Assembly (NCBI GenBank): GCA_964623055.1
Contig: CAZURK010000044.1
Span: 2,152 to 66,151 of the forward strand
Reading direction: 5' to 3'
DNA from: an uncultured Pirellulaceae bacterium
Lineage (GTDB): Bacteria > Planctomycetota > Planctomycetia > Pirellulales > Pirellulaceae
Length of the DNA stretch: 64,000 bases
Part shown: positions 36,007 through 45,679 of the stretch, one piece after another
How positions within the stretch are numbered: the stretch's first letter is position 1
Layout: every line of letters starts with the position of its first letter
Made by a program: the position numbers and the translations under genes
The notes under the pieces: generated by a model
Database searches by the model: none
The model's input: the letters and a program-made list of their open reading frames with translations, nothing else
What the model was told of the DNA's origin: nothing

Positions 36007-38352
36007 TCATTCCGGTAGTCGCCATTCCAGGATGCCGCCCGAGAAACTCTCCTGGAGTTGAACCTCAAGGCGGATGGCCGTCGCAGTGACCGACTCGAAA
36101 GTCACTCGGTTGAACTTGTCTTTCTCAACACTGTACGGCGAGGCGGCCTCGACCGGTTTCCACTGGTCGCCGTCTTTCCAGAGCAATCGCCAGCTTGCCG
36201 GCACGCGGCACTGTCCGCGGCCCGTGTCGTCGAACCAGTAGATCTCGGCCTTCGACAGCGTTTTAGGCTTCTCGAATTCATAGCCTACCCACTCGGTCGT
36301 GCCTCGGTGATCCCACCACGTGAATCTGGGGATATCATGGTCGATCGAGTTCTTGGGCAGGATATTGTCATTCAAGGCGAATTCGCTGTCGCGGGGGCAG
36401 CGGTGTGAAGAGGACGTCTTCGCAACGATTGCCACCGTCGCTCCTTCCGGGTCTGCGGCATCGGGCAATTCGGCTGGGACCCAAACGACCATTTGCCCCG
36501 GCTCGCGGTTATCCCATGCATAGTAGGGAATCGCTGTGAGATCGACATCGCGGCTTTCCACGCGGAATCCGTCATCCGTCTCCACGACGCCTTGCTGCCG
36601 ACCCTTAACCTTGACCACCGTGACGCCGCCGAGCAGGTTGGACCGGAATTCCGTCTCGAACTTCGCGTCTTTGGGAATCGCAACTTGATCCACGTAACAC
36701 GGGTTGTCCGTGTCCTCCAAGCAGTAGACGACCGGCCCGCGCATGATGGCCAGTCGACCTGCGTTCTCTTCGACATTGGGATCGGACGCGACTTGGCGGA
36801 CGGTCATTGGGAAGTTCTGCGTGATAGTGTCACCCGCCTTCCACGCGCGTCGCAGTGACACAAAACCGTCTTTGGGCGTTGCGTTCACATCTTCACCATT
36901 CACGGCAACGGTCGCGTCTTCGCACCATCCGGGGACGCGTAGTCGCACGGTGAATTCCTCGGCCACGTCCGGCTCGACGACGATCGTCACCGCGCCGTCC
37001 CAGGGATAGCTTGTGTTTTGCACGAGTTGTACCTTGCCATTCTTCAGTGGCACCGTGCCCGTGCCTCCGACGTACTGCAGCACGCACACGCCTTCGCCGT
37101 CGGCCATCGTGCCGTAGACGTACTGCCCAAGCGAAGCGATAAAGCGGACCACATTCGTCGGGCAACACGCGCATCCGTACCATGGCTGCCGATGGTGGCC
37201 CCCGCGGCTGGCCAATGGATTTACGTAGAAGAACTTCGAGCCGTCGAGCGAGATGCCGGAAATGGCACCGTTGTACAGCAGTCGTTCGACCAGATCGGCG
37301 AAACGACCCTCGCCGTGCAGCAGGGCCAGGCGATGATTCCAGAACACCATGCCGATCGAAGCACAGGTTTCGCAATAAGCGTTGTAGTTGGGCAGATAAT
37401 ACGGTCGAGCGAAACCCTCGCCGTGCCCCTGCACGCCGACGCCGCCGGTGACATACATCTTCTTGTTGACGATAAACTGCCAAAGCCGCTCCATCGTGTC
37501 GATATAGCCTTGATCGCCGTCGACGGCCGCCAGATCAGCCACGCCGCTGTAGAAGTACAGGAAACGAACGGCGTGGCCCACAGGTTCGTCCTGCTCGCGC
37601 ACCGGCTTGTGGTCCTGGCAGTAACCGCCGAACAACCGCCGATGCTCGTCGTTCCCGTGTTCTTCCACAAGGTAACGGGCCAATTCCAAATAACGGTCTT
37701 CGCCCGTCGCTCGCCAGAGTTTCACCAGGGCCAGTTCGATCTCGGGATGTCCGGCGACGCCGTGCCGCTTATCGGGCCCGAAGACGGTGCCGATGTAGTC
37801 GGCGAACTTGCAGGCCACATCCAGAAAGGTCCGTTTGCCGGTTGCGTGGTAATGGGCGACCGCGGCCTCGAACATATGACCCGCACAGTACAGTTCGTGG
37901 GCATGCTGCAGATTCTGCCATCGTTTCTCCGGCTCCTTGACCGAAAACCACGTGTTCAGATAGCCATCAGGCTCTTGCGAGCGGCGGATGTTGTCCACGA
38001 TCTCGTCCAGCCGCGCGGCCAGTTCGGGATCGGGATGTGTGTGCAGCGAGTAGGCGACGCCTTCCAGCACCTTGTAGACATCCGAGTCGTGGAATATGTG
38101 GCCGCGAAACGGACCGATGGTGGCAACCCCACCAGCATGCCGGAAGTTGTCAAGCCGTCCCGTCTCCTCGCACGTGTCCAAGTTGTGCGGGATCGACACC
38201 GTGCGATTAGTCTCCATACGGGGCGACCAGAAACCGCTTTGGATCGTCACGTCGCTGAAGTTTACGGGCGTCATCTTCGCCACTTCGCCCGCGCGGGCCG
38301 AGTACGCAAGGATCGCCAGCACCGAGCCGCATAGAATAGTTCTCGTTTTCAT
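36007..38352 (-). CDS. GH127-family beta-L-arabinofuranosidase-like protein (DUF1680) with a C-terminal discoidin-like domain
   Basis: AGGAG RBS and signal peptide MKTRTILCGSVLAILAYSARA. Motifs are HDSDVYKVLEGVAYSL, HPEIELALVKLWRATGEDRYLELARY and the Cys-rich site YGCACCPTNVVRF. The C-terminal segment is TEWVGYEFEKPKTLSKAEIYWFDD. Confidence 0.85.
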   Translation of the reverse strand: MKTRTILCGSVLAILAYSARAGEVAKMTPVNFSDVTIQSGFWSPRMETNRTVSIPHNLDTCEETGRLDNFRHAGGVATIGPFRGHIFHDSDVYKVLEGVAYSLHTHPDPELAARLDEIVDNIRRSQEPDGYLNTWFSVKEPEKRWQNLQHAHELYCAGHMFEAAVAHYHATGKRTFLDVACKFADYIGTVFGPDKRHGVAGHPEIELALVKLWRATGEDRYLELARYLVEEHGNDEHRRLFGGYCQDHKPVREQDEPVGHAVRFLYFYSGVADLAAVDGDQGYIDTMERLWQFIVNKKMYVTGGVGVQGHGEGFARPYYLPNYNAYCETCASIGMVFWNHRLALLHGEGRFADLVERLLYNGAISGISLDGSKFFYVNPLASRGGHHRQPWYGCACCPTNVVRFIASLGQYVYGTMADGEGVCVLQYVGGTGTVPLKNGKVQLVQNTSYPWDGAVTIVVEPDVAEEFTVRLRVPGWCEDATVAVNGEDVNATPKDGFVSLRRAWKAGDTITQNFPMTVRQVASDPNVEENAGRLAIMRGPVVYCLEDTDNPCYVDQVAIPKDAKFETEFRSNLLGGVTVVKVKGRQQGVVETDDGFRVESRDVDLTAIPYYAWDNREPGQMVVWVPAELPDAADPEGATVAIVAKTSSSHRCPRDSEFALNDNILPKNSIDHDIPRFTWWDHRGTTEWVGYEFEKPKTLSKAEIYWFDDTGRGQCRVPASWRLLWKDGDQWKPVEAASPYSVEKDKFNRVTFESVTATAIRLEVQLQESFSGGILEWRLPE

Positions 38353-38404
38353 TCGTTCGTTTGCTCCTATGGCAGTCAGAAGTGTCAATCTCGGTCGGCC
38401 GCCG

Positions 38405-39163
38405 TCATTGCAGCGGACCCCAAATCTCGACCAACAGGTCGTGTATCGCTGGATCGTGCTCCTTCAGTTCCGCTCGCACAAACGGATAAAAATCGTTGCG
38501 GTAGAAATACGCCTCGGTTGCTTCGGCAAAGTACTCTTTGTGGTCCTTCATCGCGTAGTGGCGCACGTGTTTGCCGGTGTACAGCAACACCTTTTCGTAG
38601 GTCCCGGCCGACTTTGCCTTTTCATACGCCCGGATGATGTCCGGACGATCGAAGCTTAGCACTTGATCGTGATAGGAATGGGCTAATTCGTGCAGCACAA
38701 CCGCCGGGTGTTTTACTAATTGGTGCCGGGAAAGAAGAGTGCTTGCCCGCGTGATGTGCACTTTCTTCGCCAGTCGTGGATCGTGGCCGTGGGATTTGAG
38801 CCATTCGATGTTCGGGTGGTACTGCATGGCTCCGAGCGTCGGATGGTGATGCTCGATCCAGATCTCCAGCTTCCGCACGTCGCGCAGCCGATCTTCCGGC
38901 ATCAGCAGAGCGATCCGCTGCAGATGATTGGCCAACATGCCCAAAACGCGAGCCCCTTCCTCCTGATGCTCTCCATCCAAGAGTGCGGGATCCACATGGA
39001 CCGTCCAGCCTTCGATCTCTTTCACGACGGGATCGAAACGGACGCCCGCGGCTCGTTCCGGCTTACCGCCCGAAACTGCCCTCGCCTCGCCTCCCGCGAC
39101 AGACCGTCCCGTCGCCAAGAGCAGCAGGCAGCCAATCAACCATCCGATGTTCACTGACTTCAT
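38405..39163 (-). CDS. Secreted putative zinc metallopeptidase (HExxH)
   Basis: Signal peptide MKSVNIGWLIGCLLLLATGRSVAG. The HExxH motif is VVLHELAHSYHD, with a downstream EYFAEATEAYF that could supply the third ligand Glu. The family is not identified. Confidence 0.6.
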   Translation of the reverse strand: MKSVNIGWLIGCLLLLATGRSVAGGEARAVSGGKPERAAGVRFDPVVKEIEGWTVHVDPALLDGEHQEEGARVLGMLANHLQRIALLMPEDRLRDVRKLEIWIEHHHPTLGAMQYHPNIEWLKSHGHDPRLAKKVHITRASTLLSRHQLVKHPAVVLHELAHSYHDQVLSFDRPDIIRAYEKAKSAGTYEKVLLYTGKHVRHYAMKDHKEYFAEATEAYFYRNDFYPFVRAELKEHDPAIHDLLVEIWGPLQ

Positions 39164-39316
39164 TCGTTTTCCTTCGCAGAGTGTGGCGTTCAACAGGCAA
39201 ACCGTTATAGAATCTAGACGCCACGCTCCGTTATCGCAAGAAGCCCGTGGTTTAGAGTATCATTGTTATGCAGCCATCAGCTATGCCCTCGCCGACAAAG
39301 GAGAAGGAGTTATCCG

Positions 39317-42300
39317 ATGACTCGTCGAATCCAACTGGCAGCGATCTTGGCCCTGTTGGCCCCGTCCGGCCAGCTCCCCGCGGCTGGGGTCGATTCAAGC
39401 AGGAATACTGATGGTGTGCTGACCTGGCATATGGGCACTATCCAACCTGGTCAGTCGACGCGCCAAGTGGTACTGTTCGCATACGCCGAGTCGCCACAAG
39501 GCGTAGCCAAACACCTGGATGCTGCGCGGCGACAATTCGCGCAGCCATCCGACCCGCCGGCCGTGCCCACCGACCAGCCGGCTCCGTCGCTGGTGTGGAT
39601 CGAGAACAACGTGACCGACTTCGCCCTGGCCGGTCCGGGACATTTCTTCTGGGAAGGTGTGAAACGGCAGAGTCTCGTTTGTTCCAAGGGCGGGCAGTTG
39701 AGTCGGTTCGGCTACTATCTCGGTTACCACGACGGTGCCGCGCGACGGGCCGGAACACTCATCAACTCCACGAAGTTGGAGAACTTGCAGATCGTCCAGC
39801 CGATGCGGCCCATCGACGGCAAGCAAGCGGTAGGCATCGTCGAGACCGCCGACAAGAAGCTGCGCACGCGAATTCGTCCCGTGATGGGCGAAGGCCCGGT
39901 AGTGGCGGTCGAATTCGTGATGACCAACCTCTCGGGCCAGCCACTTGACCAGATGCGGCTTTCGGTCTACTCGAACCTCGAATCGGCCCACACGCACGAA
40001 GGCGACTACAGCACGCTGGACCGCCTGACCGACGGTCTGCTGGTGTTCGATCCGGCAACAAGGATGTGCGTCGTGATGGCCGGGTTGTCCACGCCCTCGT
40101 TGGGCTATTCGGGCAACTGGGCGTCGCAAAGGCAGCTTGCCGAGGGTACGGGCATCGCCCCGGACAAATGGAACGAGTTCACCGGATCGGGAGAAGATCT
40201 CAAAGAGCTGCTCGCCAAGTTGCCAAAGCCCAACGTGCCACACCCGATCGCCGCGCCGAGCGGTGGTCCGGCCACGCCCGAGACTCGCGACCTGACTCCC
40301 ACCGAGGCGCGCGACGTCTTGCACCGCGATTGGCTGTTTCAGACCGATGGCAAGCCAACGGTGGCCCGCGCGCTCGAAGAGATCGGTTGGGCCCGCGAGT
40401 TGGCCGCCCGATTCGGCCGCCATCCGCAACCGCCCGATCTGTCGGCCGAGTTGTCGTGCCTAGCCGATCTGGAAAAGCGGCTTGCCGCTGTCGATGCGAA
40501 CGCAGCCGACCCGGTCACGGTGCAGGAGTTGTACTTGGCCGTGCGTGCCGCAAAGCGTGAGGTGGTCCTCAAGAACCCGGCGATTAACTTCACCAGCGTG
40601 CTGCTGATCGACAACCCCAATCCGCAAGGCGCCGAGTGGCCGCATCAGGCCCGGCATCGCAACGGCATGATGGCCGTTCCGGGCGGCCGGTTGCTGGTGC
40701 TGGAAGGATTGCACCCCGGCGGACACCTGCGGCAGTTGGCCCCCGACAAACCTGGCAGCTTCTGGCGACCCGACGTCTCCTTTGACGGCCAGCGGGTGCT
40801 GTTCTGCTACAAGGCACACGACGATATCAGCTTCCATTTGTACGAGATCAATATCGACGGAACTGGACTGAGGCAGCTTACGGCGGGCGATTACGACGAC
40901 ATCGACCCGATCCACCTGCCCGACGGGCATATCGTCTTCACCACCACGCGAGCTAACACGTACGTCCGCTGCATGCCTTACACTTACTGCTACGTGCTGG
41001 CCCGGTGCGATGCTGACGGCAAGAACGTCTACATCATCAGCCGCAACAACGAGCCCGACTGGTGTCCGGCGGTGCTGAACGACGGGCGTGTCTGCTACTC
41101 GCGGTGGGAGTATCACGACAAGGCCCTGTGGCGGATTCAGAGCCTGTGGTCCATGAATCAGGACGGCACCGGCGTGGCCACGTTTTGGGGCAACCAGAGC
41201 GTCTGGCCCGATCACCTGGCTGAACCGCGGCCCATCCCAGGCAGTTATCGCGTGATGTTTACCGGCGTGGCGCACCACAACTGGTTTGCGGGCTCGATCG
41301 GCATTCTTGATACGGCTAAGGGCCGCAATTTCCCGTTCGGGCTGACCAAAGTCACCTGCGATATGCCCTGGCCCGAGTGCGGAACACCTCCGCTGGACCC
41401 GCACGAGGCCGACGACTATCACGCCTCGGGCCGGTTCACCGCCTACAAATCGCCGTACCCGATCTCGGAGGAGGATTTCCTCGTGTCGGCCAATCGCGAC
41501 GGCAAGTTCCATCTGTACCTGATGGACGTACACGGCAACCGCGAACTGATCTACGAAGCAGTCCACAACGCCTGGTATGCAATGCCGGCGTCGGCGCGGC
41601 CCATGCCGCAACCACACGCCGACCGCGTCGTCTGGCCCGGCACGGGCGACGAGCGCCAGCCGGCCGAGCCGGGCGTGATCTACAGCGCCAACGTATATCA
41701 AGGTGTACACGATTTGCCGGAGGGGATCGTCAAGTACCTCCGTGTCATCCAGATGGACGCCCGAACCTACTCGACCTGGACGCGCGACGGGCGTTTCTCG
41801 GGCCCGGTGGTTTCGGCCATCCAGGACGACGGCGTGAAGCGAATCCTGGGTACCACGCCCGTGCTGGCCGACGGCTCGGTGTCGGTCAAGGTGCCGGCCG
41901 GCAAGGCGTTGCATTTCCAACTACTGGACGAACGCTATCGGGCGCTGCACACGATGCGTTCGTTCACCGGCGTGATGCCGGGCGAGCGTCGCGGCTGCGT
42001 CGGCTGCCACGAGCTACACAGCAACTCGCCGGTCAACCAGCAAAGCCTGGCCGCTCGACGTCCACCGGTCGAACTGACCACGCCGCCGTGGGGCACGGAG
42101 AGCATCAGCTACGAACAGCTCGTCCAACCGGTGCTGGACCGTTACTGCGGCGAATGCCACCAGGGCGACGGCGAGGCGCGCAAGGATTTCGACCTGACCT
42201 TGCGCTCCGGCAAAAGCCCTTTCAAAGAGCCGTACCTGAGCCTGGTCGGTTACGCCCACTATTTTCGTGGCGTCTCCGACGTCAAAGACGAGGGCATCGC

Positions 42301-42598
42301 CGGAGCGCTGAAAGCCGAGAACTTCGACCAGAGCGACCCGACCAGCTACCTCACGTTCCGTCCGATGAAATATCTGTCGTACAAGAGCCGCCTGATCGAG
42401 ATGGCCTCCAGCGGTAAGCACTACGACGTGAAGCTCGACGCGACCAGCCTGAGGCAACTGATCGGTTGGGTCGACGCCAACTGTCCCTACCGTGGCGACC
42501 ACGAGGTGCGCGCCATCCCCGACCCCAACTTCGCGGGAATCGAGGCATTGCCCATCCGACCGAGAACGAAAACGGCACCGCGGATTGCGCGACCGTAA
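39317..42598 (+). CDS. Large secreted TolB/HzsA-middle-domain-like beta-propeller protein with two CxxCH haem-binding motifs
   Basis: GAAGGAG RBS and a signal peptide. The PD40-like segments include FDGQRVLFCYK, LYEINIDGTGLRQLT and DGKNVYIISRNNEPDWCPAVLNDGRVCYSRWEY. The CxxCH motifs are RGCVGCHE and DRYCGECHQGDG, the latter PSCyt-like. Confidence 0.7.
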   Translation: MTRRIQLAAILALLAPSGQLPAAGVDSSRNTDGVLTWHMGTIQPGQSTRQVVLFAYAESPQGVAKHLDAARRQFAQPSDPPAVPTDQPAPSLVWIENNVTDFALAGPGHFFWEGVKRQSLVCSKGGQLSRFGYYLGYHDGAARRAGTLINSTKLENLQIVQPMRPIDGKQAVGIVETADKKLRTRIRPVMGEGPVVAVEFVMTNLSGQPLDQMRLSVYSNLESAHTHEGDYSTLDRLTDGLLVFDPATRMCVVMAGLSTPSLGYSGNWASQRQLAEGTGIAPDKWNEFTGSGEDLKELLAKLPKPNVPHPIAAPSGGPATPETRDLTPTEARDVLHRDWLFQTDGKPTVARALEEIGWARELAARFGRHPQPPDLSAELSCLADLEKRLAAVDANAADPVTVQELYLAVRAAKREVVLKNPAINFTSVLLIDNPNPQGAEWPHQARHRNGMMAVPGGRLLVLEGLHPGGHLRQLAPDKPGSFWRPDVSFDGQRVLFCYKAHDDISFHLYEINIDGTGLRQLTAGDYDDIDPIHLPDGHIVFTTTRANTYVRCMPYTYCYVLARCDADGKNVYIISRNNEPDWCPAVLNDGRVCYSRWEYHDKALWRIQSLWSMNQDGTGVATFWGNQSVWPDHLAEPRPIPGSYRVMFTGVAHHNWFAGSIGILDTAKGRNFPFGLTKVTCDMPWPECGTPPLDPHEADDYHASGRFTAYKSPYPISEEDFLVSANRDGKFHLYLMDVHGNRELIYEAVHNAWYAMPASARPMPQPHADRVVWPGTGDERQPAEPGVIYSANVYQGVHDLPEGIVKYLRVIQMDARTYSTWTRDGRFSGPVVSAIQDDGVKRILGTTPVLADGSVSVKVPAGKALHFQLLDERYRALHTMRSFTGVMPGERRGCVGCHELHSNSPVNQQSLAARRPPVELTTPPWGTESISYEQLVQPVLDRYCGECHQGDGEARKDFDLTLRSGKSPFKEPYLSLVGYAHYFRGVSDVKDEGIAGALKAENFDQSDPTSYLTFRPMKYLSYKSRLIEMASSGKHYDVKLDATSLRQLIGWVDANCPYRGDHEVRAIPDPNFAGIEALPIRPRTKTAPRIARP

Positions 42599-42633
42599 CC
42601 AAAGTAGGACGGAATGCGTGCAGAAGAGATGGG

Positions 42634-43911
42634 ATGAACAACAGCAGCACGAGAAGAGAGTTTTTGCAGCGGACCTCCAGCACGGCGTTCGGACTTGCCG
42701 TCGCGGCGCCGGTGGTGATTAGTGCTTCTGCACTCGACGGGAAGGCGCCGGCACCGAGCGAGCGGATCAACGTGGCGTGCATCGGCGTAGGGGGCCAGGG
42801 CGCTCCGGTTGATATGAAGGCCTATCTCAGCCTGCCCGAGGCCCGGGTGGCGGCCGTGTGTGACGTCGATGGCAAGCGTCTTGCCGCGGCCAAACAGACA
42901 GTAGACCAAACTTACGGCAACCGGGGCTGCGCAGCGATCCGCGATTTTCGCGAGATTCTGGCCCGGCCCGATATCGACGCCGTGCATATCGCAACTCCCG
43001 ATCATTGGCACGTACCGATGGCAGTCGCCGCGTGCAAGCAGGGCAAGGATGTGTACTGCCAGAAACCGCTGTCGCTGACGGTGCGCGAGGCGCGCAGAGC
43101 CGTCGAGGTGGCCCGACGTTACGAGCGGGTCTTCCAGGTGGGCACACAGAACCGCTCGAATGCCAGTGCCCGCCGCGCGTGCGAGTTGGTTCGCAACGGA
43201 CGACTTGGCGAACTGGAATACATCGAGGTCGGCACGTGGCACATCTCGTATCCGTGCTCCCTGCCGGGCGAGCCCGTTCCATCACACGTCGACTGGGAGA
43301 TGTTCCTCGGGCCGGCGCCCTGGCGGCCGTTCCACCGCGAGATCCAGAGGCCCAAGGGCTGGATCCGATTCTTCGACTACAGCGGCGGCGGCGTGACCGA
43401 CTGCGGCGCGCACTTCTACGATCTGGTGCAATGGGCTCTCGGCACCGAAGACACCGGCCCGGTCGAGATTATCCCGCTGGATCCTCGGAAAGACGGCGGA
43501 CGGTTCGTCAGCTACCGATACGCCAACGGCGCAACTGTGTACCGTACGAACGGGAATCACATGCGACTAGTCGGCACGGAAGGCACAATAGACTTGGACG
43601 TCTGCGCCTGGGCGGCCATCAAGAAGGCCGAACCAGCGACACTTGCCCGGGAAACGACTTTGCCCGAGGAAGTACACCTGGGGGAAAGCACTCATCACTA
43701 TGCGGATTTCATCGAGTGCGTCCGCACTCGAAAGAAACCGGCGGCCGACGTCGAACTGGGCTGTCGGGCCGCAACCATCTGCCACATCGGCAACATTGCC
43801 GAGTGGCTCGGGCGTCCGCTTAGGTGGAATCCGCACAAAGAGGAATTCCTCAACGATCCGGAAGCCAACCTCTGGCTGGATCGCGCCAAACGGGAACCGT
43901 GGAGCGTTTGA
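42634..43911 (+). CDS. TAT-exported Gfo/Idh/MocA-family oxidoreductase
   Basis: The twin-arginine signal is MNNSSTRREFLQRTSSTAFGLAVAA. The Rossmann motif is INVACIGVGGQG. Also present are HIATPDHWH and CQKPL, typical of the family. Confidence 0.85.
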   Translation: MNNSSTRREFLQRTSSTAFGLAVAAPVVISASALDGKAPAPSERINVACIGVGGQGAPVDMKAYLSLPEARVAAVCDVDGKRLAAAKQTVDQTYGNRGCAAIRDFREILARPDIDAVHIATPDHWHVPMAVAACKQGKDVYCQKPLSLTVREARRAVEVARRYERVFQVGTQNRSNASARRACELVRNGRLGELEYIEVGTWHISYPCSLPGEPVPSHVDWEMFLGPAPWRPFHREIQRPKGWIRFFDYSGGGVTDCGAHFYDLVQWALGTEDTGPVEIIPLDPRKDGGRFVSYRYANGATVYRTNGNHMRLVGTEGTIDLDVCAWAAIKKAEPATLARETTLPEEVHLGESTHHYADFIECVRTRKKPAADVELGCRAATICHIGNIAEWLGRPLRWNPHKEEFLNDPEANLWLDRAKREPWSV

Positions 43912-43913
43912 CG

Positions 43914-45431
43914 TCACAGCCGGGCTAGGTCTTCGTACACGTCGATAAGGGCGTGGTAACACTTCTGGAAGATCGGCTTCATCTTCGCGTACTGCTTCGC
44001 CGTTTGTGGGTCGGGATCGTGTACGCTGTCCACGCTGATGAAGCGGTCGACCACGCCAAAATCTTCGAACACGCCGGCCGCGACGCCTGCGGTTACAGCC
44101 GCGCCCATCGAGGTTGCTTCCTCCAGCACGCTGAGCTTCCGGATCTGACAGCCGTAGATGTCGGCCATCATCTGCCGCCACACGGCGCCCTTCGCCCCGC
44201 CGCCGATGACGGTCACGCCGTCGAACGCCACGTGTTCGCGCAGGATATCGGCGATGATGCACAGATTGTACGTCACGCCCTCGAGCACCGCCCGTAGCAT
44301 GTCGGCTCGCGTGTGGCTGAGCGTCAGGCCGATGAACGCACCGCGAGCGTTCGGGTTCCACCACGGCGTTCGCTCGCCCAGCAGATACGGCAGGAATACC
44401 AGCCCGTTCGCGCCGGGCGGCGACTGCGCGATCTTCTCGTTGATCAACTCGTATGGGCTCACTCCCTGCGCCTCCGCCTCGGCGACCTCCGCCCGGCACA
44501 CCTCGTTTTTGAGCCACTGGTACGACGAACCCGCCGTCTGCATCGTCCCGGCGGGTTGAAGGTAGCCCGGCACAACGTGAGCCCAGTTCATCGTGCGCAT
44601 CTGCGGGTCCACGATGGGCTTGTCCGACGTTAGCGCAATCCACGACGACGACCCGACGTACCCGTACGCCGTCCCAGGCTGGATGCAGCCGACGCCCACG
44701 GCCGCGCAGCTTCCGTCGCCCCCGCCGACCGCCACCGGCGTGCCTTCCTTCAGGCCCGTCGCCCGCGCGGCTTCGCTTGTGACCGTACCGAGAACTTCGG
44801 TCGAGGGGCGCGCCTCGGGAAGCATGGCACCATCCACTTCGGCGGCATCGACGATCTTTGCTGACCACTGAAACGTGTTCAGGTCGAAGGCATTCGTGCC
44901 AGACGCGTCCGAGTAGTCCGTCGCAATCCGCCCAGTTAGCTTATAGTTGATGTAGTCCTTGGCGTTGAGCATGCTCGCTGTGGCGGCGTACACGTCCGGT
45001 TCGTTGGCCTTAAGCCACATCAGCTTCTCGATCGAGTACGACGGGCTGACGCGGTGGCCCACGATGCCGTAGAACTCCTCCGCGCCAATCTTGTCGAGCA
45101 ACCGATCGGCCTCGACCGTAGCCCGCTGGTCGCAGTAGATGATCGACGGTCGCAGCGGCGCGCCGTCGGCGTCGACCGGCAGGCAGCCCATCATCTGCCC
45201 ACTGAGCGCCACCGCCACTACATCGCCCGGATCGACGTCGGCCAAGAGCGCCTGCGACGACTCGCACACGGCCCGCCACCAGTCCGCCGGATCTTGTTCC
45301 GCCCAGTTGTTGTGAAAGAACTTCGTCTCATATGCGCTCGTCCGGCTGACCACCATGCTGCCATCGCTGTCGAACAGCGTGGCCTTGTTTCCGGACGTAC
45401 CCAGGTCGTGTGCGAGCAGATATTGTGCCAT
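43914..45431 (-). CDS. FGGY-family carbohydrate kinase (xylulokinase-like)
   Basis: The N-terminus is YLLAHDLGTSGNKATLFD...WAEQDPADWW. VAVGGGDGSCAAVG and VIGGGAKGAVWRQMMADI are the FGGY phosphate-binding motifs. Confidence 0.85.
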   Translation of the reverse strand: MAQYLLAHDLGTSGNKATLFDSDGSMVVSRTSAYETKFFHNNWAEQDPADWWRAVCESSQALLADVDPGDVVAVALSGQMMGCLPVDADGAPLRPSIIYCDQRATVEADRLLDKIGAEEFYGIVGHRVSPSYSIEKLMWLKANEPDVYAATASMLNAKDYINYKLTGRIATDYSDASGTNAFDLNTFQWSAKIVDAAEVDGAMLPEARPSTEVLGTVTSEAARATGLKEGTPVAVGGGDGSCAAVGVGCIQPGTAYGYVGSSSWIALTSDKPIVDPQMRTMNWAHVVPGYLQPAGTMQTAGSSYQWLKNEVCRAEVAEAEAQGVSPYELINEKIAQSPPGANGLVFLPYLLGERTPWWNPNARGAFIGLTLSHTRADMLRAVLEGVTYNLCIIADILREHVAFDGVTVIGGGAKGAVWRQMMADIYGCQIRKLSVLEEATSMGAAVTAGVAAGVFEDFGVVDRFISVDSVHDPDPQTAKQYAKMKPIFQKCYHALIDVYEDLARL

Positions 45432-45679
45432 CAGTGGTTCCTTTCCTTCGCCGACAAGACCCCCATAGGGAAGTCTTGGAACGACTGGTTCTTACTGTTG
45501 GCCAGCTTCGGCCGGTAGGGAGCGGTTTCTTGCGCAGAGAGTACCGACGTTAGTAGCAGTGTGCAACAGAGAGATTGCAGCCATCAATGTCACGTTCTTG
45601 ATTCTCATTCGATTTTTCCTGCAAGAGTCCTTGGATTCTACGCTTGCGGGCTACGCTGCCCTGAAGGAACATGGTGTGC

